DNA of 64,000 bases from Eubacteriales bacterium (GCA_031550535.1 JAVBOM010000083.1:1366-65365), one strand, 5' to 3'; numbered from the stretch's first letter, positions 9,780 through 20,000 are shown. Numbers and translations are program-made. The notes: generated from the letters alone by a model not told the origin.

Positions 9780-11441
9780 ATGGCAGAGAAACCAAAGGTA
9801 CGCATTATTCCGCTGGGCGGTGTGGATGAGATCGGCAAGAACATGACCGTCTTTGAGTTCGGGGACGATCTGATCGTTGTCGATTGCGGGCTGGTGTTCC
9901 CGCGCGAGGACATGCTCGGCATTGACCTTGTCATCCCCGACATCACCTACCTGCAGAAGAATAAACACCGCGTGCGCGGCTATGTCATCACCCACGGGCA
10001 CGAGGACCATATCGGGGCCACCCCGTATGTCTTTGCGCAGGTGCCCGCGCCGGTCTACGGCACGCGGCTCACGCTCGCGCTGATCGAGCACAAGCTGAAG
10101 GAGCACAAAGTGAACGCCGGTTCGCTGAACGTCGTCAAGGCGGGCGACGTGATCCACCTGGGCAAGTTCAGCGTCGAGTTCATCAAAATGAGCCATTCCA
10201 TCTCGGGTTCCGTGGCGCTGGCCATCACCACGCCGGCAGGCACCATCCTGCACACCGGCGACTTCAAGATCGATTACACCCCTATCGACGGCGACCCTAC
10301 GGACCTGAGCGCCATCGCCAAGGTGGGCAACCGCGGGCTGCTGGCGCTGCTGGCCGACTCCACCAATGTCGAACGCCCCGGCTTCACAATGACCGAGCGC
10401 AACGTCTTTGAGACGTTTAAGAACCTGTTCCGCGACGCGAAGGGCCGCATCATCGTCGCGTCCTTCGCCTCCAACGTCAGCCGCATCCAGATGGTGGTCG
10501 ACGCGGCGATGCAGTATGGCAGAAAGATCTGCGTCGTCGGCCGCAGCATGGTGAACATCACGAAGATGGCCGTGCAGCTCGGCGAACTGCGCATCCCGGA
10601 GGGGCGGCAGATCGACATTGACGACCTGGACCGCTATAACGATGATGAAGTGGTCATCATGACCACGGGCAGCCAGGGCGAATCCATGAGCGGCTTGATG
10701 CGCATGGCGTTCGGCGAGCACCGCAAGGTGAAAATCCGCCCGACCGACCTGGTCATCCTGTCCTCGTCCGTCATCCCGGGCAATGAAAAGCTCGTGTCCC
10801 GCATGATCAACCAGCTGTACCGCTGCGGCGCGGCCGTCATCTACGAATCGCTGGCCGAGGTGCACGTGTCCGGCCACGCCTGCCGCGAGGAGCTGAAAAT
10901 CATCCACGCGCTCGCCAAGCCGAAGTTCTTCATCCCCGTGCACGGCGAATACCGCCACCTGTGCCAGCACGCGAAGCTCGCGCAGAGCATGGGCATGAGC
11001 GAAAAGAACACCATCATCCCGGAAGAAGGCTCGATCATCGAGCTGAGCGCCTCCGGCGCGAGCATCGTCGGCACCGTGCCGTCGGGCAGCGTGCTGGTGG
11101 ACGGCCTGGGCATTGGCGACGTGGGCAATGTGGTGCTGCGCGACCGCAAGCACCTCTCGCAGGACGGCCTCATCATCGTCGTCATGGCGATTGATAATGA
11201 GGAAGGCGTGCTCGTCGCGGGGCCGGACATCATCTCGCGCGGGTTCGTCTACATGCGCGAAGCCGAGGACCTGATGGAGAGCGTCCGCGACATTGTCCGC
11301 CGCATTGTGGGCGAATACGAGCAGATCGAACCATCGGACTGGAACGCGATCAAGACCCGCGTGCGCGATCAGCTGCACAAGTTCATCTACGAGCAGATCA
11401 AGCGCAACCCCATGATTCTGCCGATCATCGTCGACGTATGA
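9780..11441 (+). CDS. rnj: ribonuclease J
   Basis: 553 aa. Metallo-beta-lactamase motif HGHEDHIG plus beta-CASP features (GDFKID, SGHA). GGAAGGAGGG RBS. Confidence 0.9.
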   Translation: MAEKPKVRIIPLGGVDEIGKNMTVFEFGDDLIVVDCGLVFPREDMLGIDLVIPDITYLQKNKHRVRGYVITHGHEDHIGATPYVFAQVPAPVYGTRLTLALIEHKLKEHKVNAGSLNVVKAGDVIHLGKFSVEFIKMSHSISGSVALAITTPAGTILHTGDFKIDYTPIDGDPTDLSAIAKVGNRGLLALLADSTNVERPGFTMTERNVFETFKNLFRDAKGRIIVASFASNVSRIQMVVDAAMQYGRKICVVGRSMVNITKMAVQLGELRIPEGRQIDIDDLDRYNDDEVVIMTTGSQGESMSGLMRMAFGEHRKVKIRPTDLVILSSSVIPGNEKLVSRMINQLYRCGAAVIYESLAEVHVSGHACREELKIIHALAKPKFFIPVHGEYRHLCQHAKLAQSMGMSEKNTIIPEEGSIIELSASGASIVGTVPSGSVLVDGLGIGDVGNVVLRDRKHLSQDGLIIVVMAIDNEEGVLVAGPDIISRGFVYMREAEDLMESVRDIVRRIVGEYEQIEPSDWNAIKTRVRDQLHKFIYEQIKRNPMILPIIVDV

Positions 11442-11527
11442 TATGAAGCGCCGGGGTGCAAGCTACTCCCTAAAATGTAGAAGGGACGCTTCGCCCCGGC
11501 TTTTTCGTTCTATTAGGAGGAACACGC

Positions 11528-11875
11528 ATGAATGTCTATGACATCGCGCACGAGCTCGCGCGGGCCATCCGCGAGAGCGACGAAACGCGGGACGCCGCGC
11601 GCCTGAAGGAAATCGCCGAGGCGGACGACACAAACCGCGCGCTGCTGGCGGAATACAAGCGCCTGCAGACCGCGCTGCAGCTCCAGGCGATGGGCGGCCC
11701 GGCGGTCGGCGAAGACGACACGCGCAGATTTCAGCAAATCGCGTCCCTGCTCTACATGAACGGTGACGTGCAGGCATACCTGATGGCGGAAATGCGCGTG
11801 CAGAAGCTGCTGGCGGACGTGTTCAAAATCATTTCCGAAGCGGGCGGCATCAACATGGATATGCTGAACGTGTAG
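11528..11875 (+). CDS. YlbF/YmcA family regulatory protein
   Basis: 115-aa helical protein whose start (MNVYDIAHELARAIRESDE) resembles the YlbF family. GGAGGA RBS. Confidence 0.6.
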   Translation: MNVYDIAHELARAIRESDETRDAARLKEIAEADDTNRALLAEYKRLQTALQLQAMGGPAVGEDDTRRFQQIASLLYMNGDVQAYLMAEMRVQKLLADVFKIISEAGGINMDMLNV

Positions 11876-11883
11876 GCATAGCG

Positions 11884-11941
11884 GTGGGGTTTCTTGCGAA
11901 ATCCCTTTATGGCTCGGAATCTTCGGTTCCTCGCCGCCGCC
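11884..11941 (+). repeat. R63 repeat, divergent subfamily copy
   Basis: ggggtttcttgcgaaatccctttatggctcggaatcttcggttcctcgccgccgcc. The same variant core occurs at 33368-33410. Confidence 0.65.
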
Positions 11942-11958
11942 TCGAAAGGAGCGCGCGC

Positions 11959-13137
11959 GTGAAAGAGCGCAAGCGATACGACCATAAGTCCCTGCACGAG
12001 GAACGGAAATACGGCTTCTTCTGGTATGACTGGCTGTGGCGCGCCGCGCGCCCGGTGCTCATCACCCTGGGCGCCTTGATCCTGCTGGCCGGCATTCTGC
12101 TGACCGGCTGGAACATGCTGGGCGATAAATTCTTCAACCCCGTGGACCCCGGCGACAGCACGCCCATTACGTTTGTTGTGGAGAGCGGTTCATCGCTCAC
12201 GTCCGTCACCAATAAGCTGGAGCAGCAGGGTCTGATCCGCAACCGCTCCGTGCTCAAATACCTGATGGACTTCCAGGGCATGAGCCAGAAAATTCAGACG
12301 GGCGAATACACGCTGACGCGCGCGATGACGCTGAGCGAGATCATTAACCAGCTCACCACCGGCGACGGCAACCCCATTACGCGCAAAATCACGATTATCC
12401 CCGGCTGGACGGCGGAGGACATCGCGGACTATCTGGTCAGCGTGGGCGTCGCGGAAAGCCGCGAGGCATTCCTTGCTGCGTGCAACGACAAGGATACCTA
12501 CAGCAAATACTACTATATCGACGAAGTGCTGAAGACCGGAACGGCCAGCCAGCGCAAGTACCTGCTGGAGGGCTATCTCGCGCCGGATACATACGAAATA
12601 TACACCACGGCGACGATGGACAACGTGATGACCAAGCTGATCTCCCAGGTGGAGGCCGTCTTCAGCGCCGAGGATCACGCGCGCGCCGAGGAGCTAGGCA
12701 TGACCATGGACTAGATCATCACGATGGCGTCCATGATCGAAAAGGAGGCCAAGACCGACGACTTCACGAAGGTTTCCGCCGTGTTCCACAACCGGCTGAA
12801 GCTGGACATGAAGTTGGATTCCGACGTTACCCTCAAGTACTACTCGGGCTCCAAAAAAATGGCGTTGCCAAACTCGGAGCTTGGCGTCGCCTCCCCGTAC
12901 AATACCTACATGAACAAGGGGCTGCCCATCGGGCCGGTCTGCAGTCCATCCAAAGCCGCGATCAAGGCGGCGCTGTACCCGGACGAGGCGTTCGTCGCCG
13001 AGCAATACCTGTACTTCACCTCCGCCAGCCCGCAGGAGGGCACGCTGGTCTTCAACAAGACCCTGGCGGAGCACGAGGCCGCCGCGGCGAAGTATTGGCC
13101 GCTGTGGGAGCAGTATGACAAGGAGCGGGGAGTGTAA
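11959..13137 (+). pseudogene. mltG: endolytic murein transglycosylase MltG (YceG-like), interrupted by an in-frame TAG at 12712-12714
   Basis: ORFs 11884..12714 and 12724..13137 are in the same frame. The sequence reads ELGMTMD-TAG-IITMASMIEKEA, then VFHNRL, YNTY and GLPIGPV, which are YceG motifs. The likely start is GTG 11959 after AAAGGAG, and a TM helix follows it. Confidence 0.7.
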
Positions 13138-13140
13138 TCC

Positions 13141-13172
13141 GAGGGGGCTGCGAGCGCGGCCCTCTCTTTTTA
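13141..13172 (+). terminator. rho-independent terminator after mltG
   Basis: GAGGGGGC-loop-GCCCTCTC followed by TTTTTAT. Confidence 0.55.
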
Positions 13173-13174
13173 TG

Positions 13175-13864
13175 CTATAGCCCCTTCAGCCCTTTCTCCA
13201 GCATCTGCACGGCCTTCTTCTCCAGCCTGGAGACATAGGACCTGGAGATGCCCAGCAGCGACGCGATCTCGTACTGCGGCCGCTGCCTGCCGTCGATCAG
13301 CCCGTACCGGAGCTCCAGCACCGTGCGCTCCCGTTCGGGAAGTATCTCGCGGATCAGCCGTTCGATCCGGTGCAGGTTGATGCGGCGGTCCACCTCGTCG
13401 GTCACGGCGTCCGGCTCCGTTCCCAGCACGTCTATGTACGCGATTTCGTTGCCGTCGGTGTCCTTGCCCACGGCGTCGTTGAGCGATACGTCGTTCTTGC
13501 GCTTCTGGGACGCGCGCAGGCACATCAGGATCTCATTTTCGATACAGCGGCTGGCGTAGGTGGAGAGCGTCGCGCCGCTGTCGGGCTTGAACGTGCCCAC
13601 CGCCTTGATCAGCCCGATGGTGCCAATGGAGATCAGATCGTCGGAGTCATAGCCGGGCACGGTGTACTTGCGCGCGATGTGCGCGACGAGGCGAAGGTTA
13701 TGCTCGATGAGCTTTCTGCGCGCGGCGTCATCGCCTTCCTTCATGCGGCGGATGCACGCTCGCTCCTCCACGGGCGACAGCGGTTTGGGAAAGGCCGATC
13801 GGCTGGACACATAGCCAAAAAAGAACAGGGCATCCTTCAGCAGGAGCAACAGAGCGGTCAGCAT
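13175..13864 (-). CDS. sigK: sporulation sigma factor SigK (pro-sigma-K), uninterrupted
   Basis: Pro-sequence and region 2 resemble B. subtilis SigK (KDALFFFGYVSSRSAFPKPLS, IEHNLRLVAHIARKY, DLISIGTIGLIKAV, CIENEILM, ISRSYVSRLEKKA). Confidence 0.85.
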   Translation of the reverse strand: MLTALLLLLKDALFFFGYVSSRSAFPKPLSPVEERACIRRMKEGDDAARRKLIEHNLRLVAHIARKYTVPGYDSDDLISIGTIGLIKAVGTFKPDSGATLSTYASRCIENEILMCLRASQKRKNDVSLNDAVGKDTDGNEIAYIDVLGTEPDAVTDEVDRRINLHRIERLIREILPERERTVLELRYGLIDGRQRPQYEIASLLGISRSYVSRLEKKAVQMLEKGLKGL

Positions 13865-13880
13865 ACGCCACCTCCTAGAT

Positions 13881-13940
13881 GACGGCGCGGATTGGAGAAA
13901 TCAGCGCCATAAAGGAATTCCGCGAGGAAACCTTACCTCG
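13881..13940 (-). repeat. R63 repeat copy (degenerate), upstream of sigK
   Basis: gacggcgcggattggagaaatcagcgccataaaggaattccgcgaggaaaccttacctcg. Confidence 0.75.
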
Positions 13941-14004
13941 TCAGCGGCGCTGATTCGAAGAATCGGGCGCCATGAGGGGGATCCCGCAAGGAAACCCTTC
14001 CGCT
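13941..14004 (-). repeat. R63 repeat copy in tandem with 13881-13940
   Basis: tcagcggcgctgattcgaagaatcgggcgccatgagggggatcccgcaaggaaacccttccgct. Confidence 0.85.
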
Positions 14005-14070
14005 AGAAGGATATGACGCCCGGCGGCGGCGGAGACTACGGTCCGGCGAATCGTCCGCATTTTGCGCCCC

Positions 14071-14116
14071 ATCAAAGAAGAAGCGGCCGCCGGATTTTGT
14101 CCGCTGGGGCCGCTTC
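14071..14116 (-). terminator. rho-independent terminator downstream of the GlsB/YeaQ-family gene
   Basis: GAAGCGGCC ... GGCCGCTTC stem (14080-14116), followed on the minus strand by TTCTTTGAT. Confidence 0.55.
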
Positions 14117-14127
14117 GCTTATTCTGA

Positions 14128-14222
14128 TAAGGTAAGGATTCCTTGCGGAATCCTCTGATGGCGCCTGATTCTTCAAATCCTCGCCGCCGTCGCGGTACGG
14201 ATTCCTTTCAGAATCCCCTTCA
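14128..14222 (+). repeat. R63 repeat copy plus one extra hairpin-1 module, inverted relative to 13881-14004
   Basis: aaggtaaggattccttgcggaatcctctgatggcgcctgattcttcaaatcctcgccgccgtc, then acggattcctttcagaatcccc. Confidence 0.85.
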
Positions 14223-14257
14223 TAGCTCGCGACTTCCGGTTGCGCGCCGCCGTTTTG

Positions 14258-14527
14258 TTATGACATGATCCTGCGCAGCACACGCGCGAGCAGCAGCAGG
14301 AGCACCGCTCCAGCCCCGGCCAGAATCAAGCTGAACGCACTGAGCACCACGGAGATGCCGAAAAGCGCCTTCGTGACAAAGTAGCCGGAGATGATCGCGC
14401 CGGACAGGCCGCAGAACAGGTCCACCCAGAACCACGGCCACACGCCCGTCTCCGATATCCAGTTGGCGATCACGCCCGCCAGCAGCCCAATCGCGACCCA
14501 AAGCGCCAGATAAATGACAATGCTCAT
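14258..14527 (-). CDS. GlsB/YeaQ/YmgE family small membrane protein
   Basis: 89 aa with three hydrophobic helices (MSIVIYLALWVAIGLLAGVIANWI). GGGGGA RBS before ATG 14527. The longer ORF-track start has no RBS. Confidence 0.7.
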   Translation of the reverse strand: MSIVIYLALWVAIGLLAGVIANWISETGVWPWFWVDLFCGLSGAIISGYFVTKALFGISVVLSAFSLILAGAGAVLLLLLARVLRRIMS

Positions 14528-14747
14528 CGCAATTCCCCCGGTTTCCACTTTGGATGGGTTCCCCCACAACCTATGCGAAACGGCCGGCCCCCGTGTTTTG
14601 CCACGGCGCGCAAACCCGGAGCTTTCGCGCCGAAAGTGGATTTCAGAAGAATAGCGAATCATTCAAAAACCATTCATACTTTTTACAAAAAAGGGTGGTA
14701 TCCTATGGGTGAAACAAAAGGGAGGAAAAAGGGAGGCATAGATTAAA

Positions 14748-15932
14748 ATGGAAACGAAAAAAACTTCTCGCGCAAAAATTCTCGCGGTTACCCTCGCGGT
14801 GGCGCTGCTGGGCACATGCATCGGCCTTGCCGTCAGCGATAGCCTGCTTCACCCCCGCGCCGCCACGGCGGAAAGCCTGTCCGCGCTGGTCGCCCAGGCG
14901 TCCGTCGCCTCGGACCTGGACAGCCCGTTCAAGGCCGTCTACGCCGAGGCCAGCCAGTCCGTCGTCGGCATCAAGCTGACCTCGCAGCTACAGGTCCGCG
15001 ACGGTCGCATTCTCAACAACTCCTCGTTCGTCGGCTCCGGCGTTGTGATCAGCGCGGACGGCAGCGTCGTCACCAACTACCACGTCGTCACGGCCGGCGG
15101 CAGCAAGGTGGCCGAGGGCATTTCCGTCATCTACAACGACGAGGAATACACGGCCGAGTATGTCGCGGGCGATGCGGAGAGCGACATCGCGGTGCTCAAA
15201 GTGGACGGCCTGGACGCGCCGGCCGCCAAGATCGGCAATTCCGACGAGCTGTCCGTGGGTGACTGGGCGCTGGTCATCGGCACGCCGATTGACGAGAGCT
15301 TCTCCAACACGCTGACCGTCGGCGTCATCAGCGGCGTAAACCGCGACATGTCCGCCCTGGAGCGCAGCAGCAAGGCCACGTCTGTGGAGATGATCCAGAC
15401 CAGCGCGGCCATCAACAACGGCAACAGCGGCGGCGGCCTCTTCAACATCCGCGGCGAGCTGGTGGGCATCACGTCCATGAAGCTGTCCAGTTCCGGCTAT
15501 TCCAGCATGGCGAGCATTGAGGGCATGGGCCTGGCGATCCCGATCAACACGGTTTCCAAGATCGCGGATGACCTGATCGCGCACGGCTCCGTGCAGTACC
15601 CGCGCATGGGCGTTACCATCTCCGATCTGCCGAGCGACAGCGACGAGCCGACCAAGGACAGCCTGCCCAAGAGCATCTTGGTGCGCAGCGTTGAAAAGGG
15701 CTCCCCCGCCGAAGCGGCCGGCCTGCAGGTGGACGACCTGATCATGAAGGCCGACGGCAAGCGCGTCACCACCAGCACGGAGCTGCAGTCCATTCTCCGC
15801 TCGCACGCGATCGGCGAGACCATCGAGCTGGAAGTGTACCGCATCCCCGGCGTCCGCACCGTGAAGGCGGACGAACCGATTCCTGACGGCGAATACATCA
15901 CGCTGACGGTCGAGGTCAAGATCATCGACTGA
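14748..15932 (+). CDS. HtrA/DegP-type S1C serine protease with a PDZ domain
   Basis: N-terminal TM anchor. Catalytic motifs TNYHVV, DIAVLK and GNSGGGLF. C-terminal PDZ-like segment. Confidence 0.85.
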   Translation: METKKTSRAKILAVTLAVALLGTCIGLAVSDSLLHPRAATAESLSALVAQASVASDLDSPFKAVYAEASQSVVGIKLTSQLQVRDGRILNNSSFVGSGVVISADGSVVTNYHVVTAGGSKVAEGISVIYNDEEYTAEYVAGDAESDIAVLKVDGLDAPAAKIGNSDELSVGDWALVIGTPIDESFSNTLTVGVISGVNRDMSALERSSKATSVEMIQTSAAINNGNSGGGLFNIRGELVGITSMKLSSSGYSSMASIEGMGLAIPINTVSKIADDLIAHGSVQYPRMGVTISDLPSDSDEPTKDSLPKSILVRSVEKGSPAEAAGLQVDDLIMKADGKRVTTSTELQSILRSHAIGETIELEVYRIPGVRTVKADEPIPDGEYITLTVEVKIID

Positions 15933-16040
15933 GCTAAGGACTCCCCCTCCTGGCAGCGATAGATGGTTCGCCCATAGGGGCGAAGGAAAGAACATAGAAA
16001 CATACAGGGCGGGATGACTTCGGTCATCCCGCCCTGTATG

Positions 16041-16627
16041 TCAACAAATGTCAATCCAGTAGACTTGCTGCTCAATACCCTCAAACGTATTCTCGCAGGT
16101 CAAAATGCCGCCACAACCAACGGCGGTTTTAGGCGAAGGAAGATTATCCTTGTCGCATACAATCATCACTCTGGGGATGTTCAGCATACGCGCCTCATCC
16201 AGAACAAGCAAGAGCTGTTGTTTCCCATAGCCCTGTCGCCGCTCCGACGGGCGAACTCCATACCCGATATGCCCGCCATGCCGCTCCAGTTCGGGCGTTA
16301 GCGAATGGAGCAGCTGGACGCTCCCGATGATTTTTTGATCGGTTTTTCGGACGGAAAGAAGGTGCTTGCGTGCACACCGTTTCTCAGCGTCTCCTTTTCT
16401 ATTGAAAGGGCAACCGCAAGCCACGCGTTAAAATCAGCGGCACGGGCTAGGCCGCAGCTTCCGTGACGGCGGCGCTGATTCGAAGAATCGGGCGCCATGA
16501 GAGGATTCCGCCAGGAATCCTTACCTCTGATCGCGGTTTCGCCAACGTCAACGTATTCCTGTCTGTACTCCCAGATGGCTTCTTTCATCTCGGCAGAAGA
16601 CCATATGAGCGTTAAATCTTTCGCCAC
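16041..16627 (-). pseudogene. GNAT N-acetyltransferase disrupted by an in-frame R63 insertion and a frameshift
   Basis: The N-terminal part (16298..16627) and the C-terminal part (16041..16424; HIGYGVRPSERRQGYG, CDKDN) are in different frames. The switch is at the ttctttcc run near 16348-16355. 22 repeat-encoded codons (RGKDSWRNPLMAPDSSNQRRRH) sit between GETAI and GSCGLARAADF. Confidence 0.7.
16463..16528 (-). repeat. R63 repeat copy inserted in-frame (66 nt) in the GNAT gene
   Basis: gtgacggcggcgctgattcgaagaatcgggcgccatgagaggattccgccaggaatccttacctct. Confidence 0.9.
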
Positions 16628-16636
16628 GATCTTGCC

Positions 16637-17026
16637 CTACTCCCCCATCAGCCGCGCGGCTTCCGCCACATCCGCGCCGATCTGCGCGCGGAGCGCCTCC
16701 AGCGATTCAAACCGCTTTTCCTCTCGAAGGAAGTGCGTTAGCCTCACGCGCACGCGCTTGCCGTACAGCTCCCCCGCATACCCGATCACGTGCGCCTCGG
16801 TCGCCGGAGGCCCGTCCGGCGCGGTCGGGTGCTTGCCGATGTTCACAACCGCCGGCCACCACGCGCCTTCCACGCGCACGCGGCCCGCATACACGCCCTG
16901 GCGCACCGTGTCCGGCGCGGGCATCGGGAGGTTTGCCGTGGCAAACCCGAGCGAGCGGCCAAGCCCTTTCCCCCGGCGGACAACGTCCTCCCACTCGTAA
17001 AGCGGCGCTGTATCCTGCCCGCTCAT
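16637..17026 (-). CDS. monofunctional riboflavin kinase (RibF C-terminal-domain type)
   Basis: 129 aa. GKGLGRSLGFATANL, NIGKHPT and EAHVIGYAGELYGKRVRV motifs. No FAD-synthetase domain. The ATG overlaps the TGA of the upstream gene (TGATG). Confidence 0.8.
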   Translation of the reverse strand: MSGQDTAPLYEWEDVVRRGKGLGRSLGFATANLPMPAPDTVRQGVYAGRVRVEGAWWPAVVNIGKHPTAPDGPPATEAHVIGYAGELYGKRVRVRLTHFLREEKRFESLEALRAQIGADVAEAARLMGE

Positions 17027-20000
17027 CAGTTCGCCTTTGGCGTCGCGGTGGGGATATAGGTGGCGCTGGCGCCCGTCACCTGCGTGGCGCTCGGCGTCGG
17101 CGTGGCCGCGGGTTTCGGCCTTGCCGTGGCCGTCGGTGTGGCCGCGGCTTCATCCTCGCCCGGCTCCGTCCCTTCCTCCATGCCGTTCGCCGCCGCTTCC
17201 TCACCTTCGCCCGCCTTTGTCACGCTTTCCACGACAGGACGGCCGGCGAACGCGTTTTCGGACTGCGTTTCCTCGGCTTCCCGCACCCGCGTAAGGCGGA
17301 TGGACTTGCCGGTCGCGTCCTCCCGCAGGGTCAGCGATGTTTCGGTTCCGTTGGCGAAGCTATACTTCCGTTCCAGGGTGTCGTCCGTTTCCCCGACGGA
17401 AATTCCGTAGGCGTTGAACATGTTAAACCGCATCGCGGTCCCGTCAATCACGCAGGAACCGTCAAAGAAGAACGCGAATACGTTGCCCATCTCCGACTCC
17501 CAGGTACCCAGGACGCGGTAGATGTTCTTGCTCAGCAGCTCATCGGCGGTCTTGAAGCCCTTGCACTCCGCCAGGTACTTGTACGCCTCCAGCGCGCGGT
17601 TCTCCCCGATCAGCTTCCTGGCCTGTTTCAGGTTCGCTTCCAGGTAGTAGTCCTTCAGCTTCGCGTACACCCGGGGCAGCGTATCCATGTCCAGGTCCTC
17701 CAGCGTGACCACCACAAGGTCGTACGCTTCCATCATGTACAGGTCGTAGGCGACCGTCGCCTTGACCAGCAGCCAGCTATCGTACGCCTCATCCCGCAGC
17801 ACCCTGGCGTCCGAATAGTCGGCGATGCTGTCGAACATCTCGGCCGCCTGCTGGTAGTCCAGGTCCTCATACAATACCTTCGCGCGCGCGTAGATGCACT
17901 CCTTGCGGCGCTCGTCCGCGTCTTTGTACTTGCCCGCAAGCGTGAACGCCTCGGTGGCGGATGTCATGTCCTCCTCAGCCACAAACCGGACACCCATCGC
18001 GTACGCGACCTCCTGCGCCTTCTCCGTCGCCTGTGTATAGCCCTCGATGGCGGTCAGCTTGTCATAGACCGCCTGCAGGTCCTCGCTTTCCGAGATGTTC
18101 TCCTTGGGGAGCATCATCAGCGCGAGCTCGTATTCGCATTCCTTCACCCGATCCGCCGCGTCCTCGTAATCCCCCAGCATGGCGAACGCTTCCTCCGCCT
18201 GAGAGAAAAGCCCCTCGGCAAAAGCTTTCTCCGCCAAGGCATACCGCGCGGCGTTCACACGCTTGGCCGCGTCCTCATATTCGCCCAGCGCCTCAAACGC
18301 CTCAATCGCGGCTTCCAGGTCGCCATCCTTCTCCAACTGATCCGCTTGCCCATAGTGCGCAATGCCAAGCTGCTTTTCGGAATCCTTATACTTTTTGATA
18401 GGTTCCAGCAGTTCGATGGCCGTTGTGTAGTCCTTCGCCTTCATGGCGTCCATCGCGGGCAGGTACAGGCACTGCTTGTACAGGTCGTCCGCGTCCTCGT
18501 ACCCGGGAACCTCCAGGAACAGCACGGCCGCCTCGGCGTATTTCTTTTCGTCCATGAGCGCCTTCGCGGGCGTGTAATAGCAGAGCTTGTACTGCTCCGC
18601 CGAATCCTTGTAGTTTTTGAACGTCGCAAACAGCTCCGCCGCGTTGGTCCAGTCGCCGCTCTTCTGCGCGGCGGTCGCCGCCAGGTACGTCGTTTCCTTC
18701 ATCTGGTCGCTGGCGTCCTCATAGGAACCGAGGTCCTTGAACCGCTCGGCGGCCTTGTCGTAATCGCCGCTCCGCTGCGCCTGCAGCGCGCTCTGGTACG
18801 TCGCTTCCAGCAGAAGCGCGCTGGTGTCCCTGTATCCTTTGATCTCACTGAGCAGGACGACCGCCTGCTCATACCCGCCGTCGGCCATCAGCTTGGTGGC
18901 CGGGCGGTACACGCACTCCTTGGCGAGCGCGGCCGCGTCCTTGTACAGCCCCAGCGAGGCGAAGCGCGCCTTCGCGGATTCATACTGCGAAGCGTTCATC
19001 TCCTGCACGCCCGCGTCGTACACGGCCGTTTCGCGCAGGATATCCGCGTCCTGGTATCCCCGGAGGCCCGAGAATATCTCGGCGGCATCGGCGTTTCTGC
19101 CGCTCTTCATCAGCGCGGTGCCCTTCTGGTAGTTGGCCTCGGTTCTCGCCTCCGGCACGCCGGGGTACGCTTCGCCCAGCAGGTCCAGGATGCCAAGCGC
19201 CTCGTTGATCCTGTCCTCGCTGCCGGAAGCGGCATACGCCTTGGCCGCGCGCAGGTCGCACTCCTTGACCAGGTCCTCCGCGTCACGGTAGTCCACCAGC
19301 TCCACAAACGTCACGCGCGCGTCGGTGAAATCCCCCGCGGCGAGGGCCGATTTGGCGGACTGATACCGAAGCTCCGGCAGACCGAGCACGATGAACAAAT
19401 ACGTGGCCGCGCCGACGACAAGCGTCACGCAGAAAATGGCCGACCGCGCGCGGCGGTTGCGCTTTTTGCGGCGCGCCTTCTCCTGGCGGAGAAATTCCTG
19501 CCGCGAGGCTTCCTCACGCGCGATGCGCGCTTTTTCTTCCAACTCACGCTCGCGCTGGTCAATTGATTTTTGGATGGCTCCGGCGGAAAAGCGCGCGAAC
19601 ACGTCTTTTTTATCGCGCAGGCAGCGCTTGCAGATCTTCTCCTCCGCCGCGTTCACACGGCCGCAGACGCAAATCCACACGTTCCGCTGGTCGCTCGGGT
19701 AGCCGACCGCGTCGTTCCCGGCGACATAGCGAAGCTGTTCCAATTTGCGGTTTGGCGGCAGCTCGTTGGGCTGGTAATCGGTCAGCCGCGCCTCCTGCGC
19801 CCTGCGCCACTCGCTGCCATCCTCAAACCACGCCTTGTCGATGATCAGGTCCACCGCTTCCACCGCCATTCCCTCCGTGGAAATGGCGACGGCAAACGTC
19901 TCCCGCCCCTTCGCGTCCAGCGCCATCGGCCGCTCGATGCGGCGGGAAAGCACGCTGTCCGCCGCGTCAAAGCAGGTGACTGTCACCTGGATGGACGAGA

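Noticed and set aside
12712-12714. The in-frame TAG in mltG as evidence for amber reassignment or pyrrolysine.
   Set aside because: TAG terminates araB, cdaA, ylbF, sigK and other well-supported genes in the same window. No pyl genes are seen. A nonsense mutation or sequencing error is the simpler explanation.
13175-13864. Checked sigK for interruption by a skin-like element.
   Set aside because: The gene is a single uninterrupted 229-codon ORF covering the pro-sequence through region 4. No recombinase gene is nearby.
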